64,000 bases of DNA, from the NCBI GenBank assembly GCA_049970695.1, contig JBMFML010000002.1, forward strand, positions 109,075 to 173,074, in the 5' to 3' direction. Below the pieces are notes generated by a model. The model was not told the DNA's origin, made no database searches, and saw only the letters and a program-made list of their open reading frames with translations. Of the stretch, positions 28,100 to 35,065 are shown piece after piece. Each line of letters opens with the position of its first letter. Positions within the stretch are counted from its first letter, which is position 1. The translations under genes were made by a program, and so were the position numbers. The DNA comes from Desulfurococcaceae archaeon. GTDB lineage: Archaea > Thermoproteota > Thermoprotei_A > Sulfolobales > Desulfurococcaceae.

Positions 28100-29326
28100 T
28101 TGATATTTATACCGCGCCTCCCTTTAATAGCTTGGCGCGATCCAGTTAAGCATGCAAGAGAGGCAGAGAGCATTGCAATCAAAACAGCATCTAGAGCGAG
28201 GAAGTGGATTACACCATTAATATTGCTGGCCCTCGCCGAAGTGCTTGCTGGTGCGACTCTGAGATTCAATGTCGAATTGCTAGTAGCGCAGCCAGTGCTC
28301 CTCGTACTCATTCCAGGACTCATGGACTTGAGAGGCGATGTCTACGGTGCTTTAGGCTACCGCCTCTCCAAGGCACTTCACCTGGGTTTGACGCAGCCAG
28401 CAATGTTCACGAAGTTCAACCTAGTTAATACATCGTGTAGCTACGTGGTCTCGGTAATTGCGACTTTGAATCTCTGCATTCTTGGTACACTCCTCTCCCT
28501 CGTGCTCGGCTCTGAAGTGCTCGACTTCGCGTCACTAGTTTTCATAGCCCTTACTTCCACCGTAGTGGTTTTCGCGGTGCTAACGCCGCTGACAACGTGG
28601 GCAATAATCTACCTGTTTAAGCGAGGGCGCGACCCCTCAACATTCGTTGCAACTATTGTAACCGGAGTAGGAGACTTTGCATCACCGGCTGTACTGCTGT
28701 TGGTAGCACAGCTCTATAGGGAGTTCACCAGTGCTTTAAGATTGCTAGCCGTCTCGGTCTTCGCACTCTTTGCTCTCGTGCTCTTTGTTCTTGTTCTCCG
28801 CGCGGGCGGATTAAAAGACTTCCTCGAGAACTTGGCGTCTTCTGTAGTTGGTTCAACGGGCAGTAGCCTCGGCGGCTTCGTGCTGGCAACTTCTACGGCG
28901 CTAATCAGTAAGAACCCAGAAGTGCTGGCCGTCTTGCCAGCGTTTAACGCTGTTATTGGCGCTGCAACAGGCTATCTTGGCAGTTCTCTCAATATAAGCC
29001 TCCACGTAGGCGAAGAAAGCCCTTACAAGCTCTACCGCAGAGAGCTGGTAGTGGGCTTCGCCGCAACTTACACGTCAGTAATGCTTGCACTTGTGCTCTC
29101 TACAGCGGTATTTACAGAACCCGCGAGGCTTCTCAGAGTAGTGGCTTCGATTTCTGCCTCTCTCCTCGTGGTTTACGCAGCAGCTTCTATGGCCACATAT
29201 TACTTGACTGTGACGTCTTTTCACAAAGGCTGGGATCCAGACAACGTAGTGTTTCCCATAATGACCACGTTTGTCGACCTCTTAGGCCCCGTGGCGGTGT
29301 CGCTAATAGGGGCACTCATTCTGTGA
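28100..29326 (+). CDS. MgtE-like divalent-cation transporter membrane protein (tandem transmembrane domains)
   Basis: 408 aa, polytopic. LIPGLMDLRGDVYGALGYRLSKALHLG and the repeated second half resemble the MgtE/SLC41 membrane domain. TTG start; the exact start is uncertain. Confidence 0.72.
   Translation: MIFIPRLPLIAWRDPVKHAREAESIAIKTASRARKWITPLILLALAEVLAGATLRFNVELLVAQPVLLVLIPGLMDLRGDVYGALGYRLSKALHLGLTQPAMFTKFNLVNTSCSYVVSVIATLNLCILGTLLSLVLGSEVLDFASLVFIALTSTVVVFAVLTPLTTWAIIYLFKRGRDPSTFVATIVTGVGDFASPAVLLLVAQLYREFTSALRLLAVSVFALFALVLFVLVLRAGGLKDFLENLASSVVGSTGSSLGGFVLATSTALISKNPEVLAVLPAFNAVIGAATGYLGSSLNISLHVGEESPYKLYRRELVVGFAATYTSVMLALVLSTAVFTEPARLLRVVASISASLLVVYAAASMATYYLTVTSFHKGWDPDNVVFPIMTTFVDLLGPVAVSLIGALIL
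28103..28111 (-). promoter_or_regulatory. TATA box (TATAAATAT on the minus strand) for the PhoU/TrkA-C gene
   Basis: It lies 26-34 nt upstream of the TTG at 28077, inside the first codons of the divergent ORF that starts at 28100. Confidence 0.4.
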
Positions 29327-29499
29327 AGCCGCAACTCAGAAGAGCTCGAAGCGGGGGTCTGAATATGCAATACAATGAACAATAAAGCAGTAGCGTAGAG
29401 CTTAACATATACCAAATTTGTACACATGTATCCTTGATCAGGGGGTGAGTTAATCGCGAATTAACTTAGCTCCGGCATGGTTAACTCCAAATCCCACTG

Positions 29500-29516
29500 T
29501 GAGGGGGGTGTTCATG
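29500..29516 (+). repeat. Copy A of a duplicated SD-like motif TGAGGGGGGTGTTCATG
   Basis: The second copy TGAGGGGTGTTCACG lies at 29900-29914. Each copy places GAGGGG..TG a few nt ahead of a start codon (ATG 29514, GTG 29914). Confidence 0.4.
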
Positions 29517-29636
29517 CAGATCCTGTGTAAAATTCAACGAGTGGGGCGTGGAAGAACCTCCAAATTATACAAACGCATTATTGAATAAGAAATTAAAAGC
29601 AGTAACATCTAAATAAAAGGTGTGCTAGTAAAATCG

Positions 29637-29731
29637 GTGTTACAGGCCTTGGCGGGACGCACGAAGCCTAGCAGTGCGTGATCCCTGTTATATCGGAATC
29701 GGCTTTCATGATCGGTCATGGCCTGTAATAC
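29637..29731. other. 95-nt strongly structured element (possible ncRNA or MITE-like inverted repeat)
   Basis: A 12-bp closing stem, GTGTTACAGGCC (29637-48) with GGCCTGTAATAC (29720-31), contains one G.U pair. Inner helix GGGACGCAC/GTGCG-tga-TCCC (29654-29685) and hairpin CATGA-TCGG-TCATG (29707-29720). Confidence 0.3.
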
Positions 29732-29899
29732 ACTAAATAACTAATCAGCCAAGTAGCTGGCATAAGTATTGGTATTTTACTAAGCTATGGCATTGTATTT
29801 TCCGTACTCGCGATTAGTGGCTTTGAAGCAGTGCCAATTTATTAGAGCAGGCCTTAATGCATAGAGGCGGTGTGCTGCTCCATATTTCGGTATTACTCA

Positions 29900-29914
29900 T
29901 GAGGGGTGTTCACG
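29900..29914 (+). repeat. Copy B of the duplicated SD-like motif TGAGGGGTGTTCACG
   Basis: See copy A at 29500-29516. It is followed by GTG-ATG and a 21-codon micro-ORF (29914-29979). Confidence 0.4.
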
Positions 29915-30152
29915 TGATGCCCGGCCTAGTTGCCATAGGTGCTTGCGAGCCTCAGGCCGCGGGAACTTCTGGCTTGTAATACCCTAGTTTGTGCAATAAT
30001 GCGGTTTAGTGGCTTGAATAGAGTACTTGCTTAACGTATTGTTGTTAAGTGCATTTGCTTCAGTATAAATGCCTAGGCACGGCCATCGAGTCTTCGTACA
30101 CTAAGGCGGATATATGGCCTGGCAGTACTAGCACACAGTAGATTCCGGGGAC

Positions 30153-31031
30153 GTGGGATTGCCTAGTAGGGCTTCTGTAGCGGGCAAGCTAGCTGGAGTG
30201 GCAATGCTGGTTGGAACTACGGTTTTGTGGGGCACGTCATTTTCCTTCATAAAGCTCTCGGTCGGGGTAATGTCGAGCCTAGAGTACACCTCGTACCGCT
30301 GCCTCATTGCAACAGCCATTCTCGCACCAGCGGTTCTCGTCAAGGCCGTCCGCGGAGAATTTAGCAGAGGAGACTACCTCAGGGGCTTAGCTATTGGTGT
30401 CGCGTATGCGCTGGGCCTCCTGCTTCAAGGCGAGGGAACGCGCTACACTACTCCATCAATAAGCGCCTTTCTCACAGCCCTTAACTCAATAAATGTACAC
30501 TTGTACGTGGCACTCGTCGAGAAGAGGTATCACTGGCTTGACGCGCTGGCACTGCTCCTGGCCGTGAGCGGGCTGTACGCTATATCAATGCCTAGCGGAG
30601 GGCTCGGCGTAGGCGAGCTACTCATACTTCTGGGTTCAGTGGCGTGGGCGGCGCAGATAATCCTCGTATCGAAGTATGGAAGAGGCGGCATCGTTGAAAT
30701 ACTCGCTGGGACGTTTACTCCAGGAGCTCTGCTCTCTCCGCTAGCGGCTGCACTATTCGGCAGTACCGTGAACTTGGCAGCACTAGCGTACTTGGCCTAC
30801 TTGGCAGTCGTCTGCTCTATTGGAGCCACCTTCTTGCAAGTACTCGGCCAGAGGAGGGTTTCGCCCTTGGCAGCGGCAGTCATATTCCTACTAGAGCCCG
30901 TCTTCGCGACTCTGTTTTCGCTGGCGATGGGCCTCGAAGAGCTCACGCTACACAAGGCCGTTGGGGGAGGCCTAATTGTAGCAAGCACATACATAGCCAC
31001 GTATTCTGAAATACGCTACGCTAAATACTAG
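30153..31031 (+). CDS. EamA/DMT-family transporter
   Basis: 292 aa with 10 predicted TM helices in two EamA-like halves. GTG start. Confidence 0.8.
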   Translation: MGLPSRASVAGKLAGVAMLVGTTVLWGTSFSFIKLSVGVMSSLEYTSYRCLIATAILAPAVLVKAVRGEFSRGDYLRGLAIGVAYALGLLLQGEGTRYTTPSISAFLTALNSINVHLYVALVEKRYHWLDALALLLAVSGLYAISMPSGGLGVGELLILLGSVAWAAQIILVSKYGRGGIVEILAGTFTPGALLSPLAAALFGSTVNLAALAYLAYLAVVCSIGATFLQVLGQRRVSPLAAAVIFLLEPVFATLFSLAMGLEELTLHKAVGGGLIVASTYIATYSEIRYAKY

Positions 31032-31035
31032 AGCA

Positions 31036-31887
31036 CTAGTACTTGGCGATGATGAAGCGCTCTCTAATTCTCGAAATAACCGTGCGTGCTCTTTCAGGAT
31101 CCACGGGATTTCCCGCTCTGCCACCTACTTTAATGAAAGACCCGACAATTACGCCATCGCACACTTCTAGCACTTTGAGGACGTTCTCTGCAGTCACCCC
31201 ACTCCCAACGATTACAGGCAGGGGGGATAGCTTCTTGATCAGCTCAACTAGGCGCAGGGGCGGAGGCTCACCTGTCTTAAGCCCCGTGACTACGAGAGCA
31301 CTCGCCCCACCCCTCTGAGCATATTCTTCAATGAGCTCTCTGAGGTAGTCTTCTAGAGCGCCCTTCGACAAGGGCGTAGGAGCCTCTAGAGTAGCAAGGG
31401 GCATTCTCAAGCTAGTGGCATGCTTCACGAGAATATCGGCGTAGACCTCAATACCGGGGTAATTGAGCATTAGTGGCTTGAGGCGCGGAGCCTCCGGCTC
31501 AAGCACCCCAGCATCAGAGATAACGGGCTCTATTAGAGCGTTCACGCGTATAAACTTGGCTCCAGCGGCAACCGCGATGCTGTAAGCCTCGCGCCCAGAG
31601 TTCCGCAGTAAGTTGACGCCGACTTTGAGCGACGTCGACTTAACGACTTCTCTAACTATAACTGTCATGGCTGCGATTGCAAGCGGGTCTTCAACGCGCG
31701 GCGAGAACGGCGCGTCGCCATAGTTCTCGACTATGACTCCTGTGTAGCCCAGCTTCTCGAGAACTGCGGCATCTTTGGCGCCATACTCGGCAAGATCGCT
31801 GATAGTGCTGGGGGGCCTGTAGTACGCGTAGGGCAGCCTGGGTAAGTGTACAACGCCAATTACCTCTTTCGGTTGAGAAGCGAGCAC
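31036..31887 (-). CDS. BtpA/SgcQ-family TIM-barrel protein
   Basis: 283 aa. GVVHLPRLP...VIVENYGDAPF...IRVNAL...GSGVTAENV matches the BtpA family pattern. Confidence 0.78.
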   Translation of the reverse strand: MLASQPKEVIGVVHLPRLPYAYYRPPSTISDLAEYGAKDAAVLEKLGYTGVIVENYGDAPFSPRVEDPLAIAAMTVIVREVVKSTSLKVGVNLLRNSGREAYSIAVAAGAKFIRVNALIEPVISDAGVLEPEAPRLKPLMLNYPGIEVYADILVKHATSLRMPLATLEAPTPLSKGALEDYLRELIEEYAQRGGASALVVTGLKTGEPPPLRLVELIKKLSPLPVIVGSGVTAENVLKVLEVCDGVIVGSFIKVGGRAGNPVDPERARTVISRIRERFIIAKY

Positions 31888-31941
31888 AAAGCCCCCGAGA
31901 TATAAAAGCTGAAGAGGAGTATATATTCCACAAAGGGCTAA

Positions 31942-32637
31942 GTGTCAGTCACTACAGCACACTCCGCAAAGCAGCGCTACAAAATACCCGACTACGAGGC
32001 ATTCAAGCTCCTCTCAGACTATGGAATACCACACCTGCCCTACGGATTTGCTCGGACGCCAGAAGAGGCAGGCAAGATTGCAGCGGAAATAGGCTTCCCC
32101 GTGGCACTAAAGGTGGTGTCGCCTAACATAAGCCACAAAACAGACGTCGGTGGGGTTGTCCTCAACTTGTTGAGCGCGCAAGAGGTCGTCAAAGAAGCCA
32201 CGAACATGCTTGAGAGGATAAGAGCGAGGCTACCAGACGCCACAATAGAGGGCTTTCTCGTCCAGAAAATGGCAAAGCCGGGTATCGAGGTAATAATTGG
32301 AGGCCTCAGAGACCCCGTCTTTGGAATCATACTCATGTTTGGGCTGGGAGGCGTCTTCACTGAGGTCTTCAGAGACGTGACGTTCAGGGTCTGGCCAATA
32401 ACGCTTGAAGAAGCTCTAGAAATGACGCGTGAAATTAAGAGCAAGACCATATTGCAGGGCTACAGAGGAATGCAACCAGTTGACGTATCCAGCTTGGCAG
32501 GTATCGTCGTAAAGCTCGGCAAGCTCCTAGAAGACCACGAAGAAATAGAGTCAGCAGACTTAAACCCGGTCATAGCATATCCCAATGGCGCAGTCGTAGT
32601 TGATGTTAGGTTTATACTATCACAACAGCTACACTAG
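31942..32637 (+). CDS. ADP-forming acetyl-CoA synthetase beta-subunit-like ATP-grasp protein
   Basis: 231 aa. EAFKLLSDYGIP...GFPVALKVVSPNISHKTDVGGVVLNL is typical of the ACD beta / ATP-grasp_5 domain. No alpha subunit in the window. Confidence 0.72.
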   Translation: MSVTTAHSAKQRYKIPDYEAFKLLSDYGIPHLPYGFARTPEEAGKIAAEIGFPVALKVVSPNISHKTDVGGVVLNLLSAQEVVKEATNMLERIRARLPDATIEGFLVQKMAKPGIEVIIGGLRDPVFGIILMFGLGGVFTEVFRDVTFRVWPITLEEALEMTREIKSKTILQGYRGMQPVDVSSLAGIVVKLGKLLEDHEEIESADLNPVIAYPNGAVVVDVRFILSQQLH

Positions 32638-32653
32638 TAGCGGGGGTAGAACA

Positions 32654-33163
32654 TTGATACAGGAGCGAGACGCCATAAAAAAGGCAGCACTGCAAGTCGC
32701 AGAGCTGATGGTTGCTGCAGCCAAGACTGCGCCAAAAGCCCGCGGCATTGACAACATAGTATCAGTCATCCTCACCGAAAAAGAAGAGCTAGAAGAGCTG
32801 GCGAAGAAAATGGAGGAGCTTGCACCAATGTATGGTGACTTCTTCAGGCGTGATGCTACAAACGTGAGAAATAGCGATGCAGTAGTCATCATAGGCTGTA
32901 AAATCGTGAAAGTAGGGCTCAGGCAGCCAGAACACATAGGCATAGACGTCGAATTGGCAAATTCCCTGGTAAACCTGGGCATTGCAGTGGGGTCTGCAGC
33001 AAAGGTGGCTTCAATGCTGAACGTCGACAACAGGATAATGTACAGCATTGGAGTCGCAGCACTAGCAATGAAGCTCTTAGAAGCCGACTACGCCCTAGGC
33101 GTGCCACTCTCTATTAAGGCCAAGAACATATACTTTGACAGAGTGTGGCCTCCTAAGCAGTAG
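32654..33163 (+). CDS. DUF2148-like protein
   Basis: The start is placed at the TTG at 32654, just after the upstream stop (track start 32600). AALQVAELMVAAAKTAPKARGID is typical of DUF2148. Confidence 0.55.
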   Translation: MIQERDAIKKAALQVAELMVAAAKTAPKARGIDNIVSVILTEKEELEELAKKMEELAPMYGDFFRRDATNVRNSDAVVIIGCKIVKVGLRQPEHIGIDVELANSLVNLGIAVGSAAKVASMLNVDNRIMYSIGVAALAMKLLEADYALGVPLSIKAKNIYFDRVWPPKQ

Positions 33164-33377
33164 AGCAACCCCCAAAGAAGGCCTGTACAAAGACCACTTC
33201 ATCCTTCTCCGTAACTAAAAAGTCCAAGTCGCTCACTATCCTTCCATTTACAACAACTACTACTTCCTCTTCGCTTCCTGCGAGTTCTTCTAGCCTCTTT
33301 AAGAGTTCGCGTATAGTAGTCCTGTCCTCGCTAGTGCACTTAACGATCATCTGTGGAACAAGCTTAAAGCACACCAA
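33153..33377 (-). CDS. ThiS/MoaD-like beta-grasp (ubiquitin-like) protein with GG-CSTA C-terminus
   Basis: 74 aa ending ...VVFVQAFFGGCSTA. The last 11 nt overlap the convergent DUF2148 gene. Confidence 0.6.
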   Translation of the reverse strand: MVCFKLVPQMIVKCTSEDRTTIRELLKRLEELAGSEEEVVVVVNGRIVSDLDFLVTEKDEVVFVQAFFGGCSTA

Positions 33378-33391
33378 GACCTCGAACCCGC

Positions 33392-33595
33392 TTAGCCACC
33401 CGATTTAACCGTGAAAACAACTACTTCATCTCCATCTACTATCTCGTCCTCTTCTGTTAGGATAGTCTTGCCTTTCAATACTAGGTTTTCTGAGGCAGAC
33501 AGCTTCAGCTTTTCTAAGAGCTCTTTAACGCTCAGCCTTTTGGCGCTGAGCTCTACCACGTCTCCTGTTTCGAGGAGCTTGATTTTAATGGGCAC
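33392..33595 (-). CDS. ThiS/MoaD-like beta-grasp (ubiquitin-like) protein ending in GG
   Basis: 67 aa: ...LKGKTILTEEDEIVDGDEVVVFTVKSGG. This is the classical ThiS/MoaD/SAMP layout with a terminal Gly-Gly. Confidence 0.7.
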   Translation of the reverse strand: MPIKIKLLETGDVVELSAKRLSVKELLEKLKLSASENLVLKGKTILTEEDEIVDGDEVVVFTVKSGG

Positions 33596-33596
33596 T

Positions 33597-34433
33597 TTAT
33601 AGCCCCATGCCTTCTTCCAGTTGCGAGGGCCTAATATAGAATGGTATTTTGCCGTCCTGGTAGTCTCTAATCACAGTTCTAGCGGCTTCTTCTACTAGTG
33701 GTTCCTTGGTCTTTTTGTAGAACCAGCCTCTTTTAGTGGCGAGCTGCTCTAGTATCTCAAGCGGCTTAGTAGACTCTATGCCATAGGCTATTTTAAAGGC
33801 CTGCGGGCTGTACTTGAGCACTCTTTCAATGAGTGCTATGGCTGGCAGTACGGGGTCTTCTAGTTTCTCCGGAGGATAGCCTCTTATGAGCCTCTCGAGC
33901 TGGTCCCCCTCAATAGGGAGTATGCCGGGAGTATCTATCATTAGTATGTTCTCGTCTATTCGGTAGAGCTGGAAGTGCCTTGTATAGCCCGGACTTCCTG
34001 GGTAGGGGCTTGTACTCGCGGCGTGTCTGCCCTTGAGCGCATTGATTATAGAGGACTTGCCTACCTTTGGAAACCCTGTAACGCTGACTACGGCTGGCAG
34101 AGACGGCGCAGCTTCCTTAATGGCCTTTCTCAGCTTTAGCGTCCCCATGTGCCTAGCAGCAGCAATGTAGACTACGGGCAGGCCGAGCTTCTCTTCGAGG
34201 TAGCCCTTCCACTCTTCTGCAACAGACCTGGGTACGAGATCGCACTTGTTGAGCACTATTATTGCCCTTTTCCCCTGCTTTTCAACTATTCTGAGGAGCT
34301 TTTTGCTGAGGGTGTTCAGGGGGTCTCTAACGTCCAGGACGTGAAGAACGACGTCCGATTCTGAGACGAGCCTGTGGATTTGGCTCCACGATGCGAGCAC
34401 TATTCCCCCGCTGCTAATCACCGCTCCCTTCAT
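33597..34433 (-). CDS. Circularly permuted GTPase (YlqF/YawG/Nug-type, ribosome biogenesis)
   Basis: 278 aa. G4 (NKCD) precedes G1 (GFPKVGKSS) and G3 (DTPGI), which is the permuted motif order. Confidence 0.85.
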   Translation of the reverse strand: MKGAVISSGGIVLASWSQIHRLVSESDVVLHVLDVRDPLNTLSKKLLRIVEKQGKRAIIVLNKCDLVPRSVAEEWKGYLEEKLGLPVVYIAAARHMGTLKLRKAIKEAAPSLPAVVSVTGFPKVGKSSIINALKGRHAASTSPYPGSPGYTRHFQLYRIDENILMIDTPGILPIEGDQLERLIRGYPPEKLEDPVLPAIALIERVLKYSPQAFKIAYGIESTKPLEILEQLATKRGWFYKKTKEPLVEEAARTVIRDYQDGKIPFYIRPSQLEEGMGL

Positions 34434-35004
34434 AGTCTTTGAACCTCGAAATATCGCTTATTGACAGCCGAGAAAGCCAGTCTATGCTTACTCCAGGACT
34501 CAGCACGCCCTCCCCCCTTATTGCCCTGCACAGCAGTTTTGCACACTCCTCTGGACTCATGCTCGTAGTGTCTAGCTCGAATACCCTATCCTCCCCAAAA
34601 GTCTCCACAGCGTTGTGGGCTACTACACCTAGAATCTCCGCCATAACGTTCTCGTTAATCTTCTTCCTGCTCCACCCTCTTGCAAGAAGCCTCTTCTCTA
34701 GCTCAAGTGGGTGCGTTCTAAGCACGAAGACTGCCCTAACAAGGTGCTTTGGAAGTATCTCTGGGTAGTGCGTCAAGACGGTAATGTCACCGTACTTCTC
34801 AGCCAGCTCCGCGATGTAGCCTGCGAGCCTTTCTTCGTCGATGACGTAGGTCTGCCTCGCCTCGTCGTAGTAAGCAACAAATCCCCTTTCTAGCGCGATA
34901 GTGCTGAGGTTCAGTACCTTAAGTCCGCAGATCTCTGCCAGCAGGCCCCCTATAGTGGACTTCCCCGTCCCCGGGGTACCGGCAATTACGATGATCTTCG
35001 ACAC
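34414..35004 (-). CDS. Fap7/AK6-like adenylate kinase (small-subunit rRNA maturation factor)
   Basis: 196 aa with the P-loop GTPGTGKST and VFVLRTHPLELEKRLLARGWSRKKINENVMAEI, typical of Fap7. Confidence 0.8.
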   Translation of the reverse strand: MSKIIVIAGTPGTGKSTIGGLLAEICGLKVLNLSTIALERGFVAYYDEARQTYVIDEERLAGYIAELAEKYGDITVLTHYPEILPKHLVRAVFVLRTHPLELEKRLLARGWSRKKINENVMAEILGVVAHNAVETFGEDRVFELDTTSMSPEECAKLLCRAIRGEGVLSPGVSIDWLSRLSISDISRFKDYEGSGD

Positions 35005-35065
35005 TTAGCCCACCACACTTATATACCCTCTCAATCCTATAACAAGCTTATAGCGGTGAACTCTG

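Noticed and set aside
28078-28323. An N-terminal 82-codon extension of the PhoU/TrkA-C ORF
   Set aside because: The sequence (MSPGMSTRSTGCATSNSTLNLRVAPASTSARASN...) is not protein-like and is antisense to the transporter N-terminus. A TATA box positioned for the TTG at 28077 supports the shorter gene.
29488-29497. CAAATCCCAC, identical to the T-loop/T-stem of the two tRNA-Leu genes, as a possible att-site remnant of an integrated element
   Set aside because: Only 10 nt match, there is no T-stem partner or acceptor sequence, and no integrase remnant is nearby. A genuine att duplication would extend to the tRNA 3' end.
32844-32891. Minus-strand ATGATGA ... CTGA (48 nt) antisense to the DUF2148 gene
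   Set aside because: There are no internal C'/D' boxes, and it lies entirely inside and antisense to a coding region. This is compatible with the chance co-occurrence of a 7-mer and a 4-mer.
32040-33048. Long antisense ORFs (32040..32450, 32629..33048). Similar ones occur at 6548..6991, 15476..15907, 46089..46520 and 48431..48856
   Set aside because: Each lies fully inside a confidently identified gene on the opposite strand and has Ser/Ala/Leu/Arg/Pro-rich composition typical of shadow frames.
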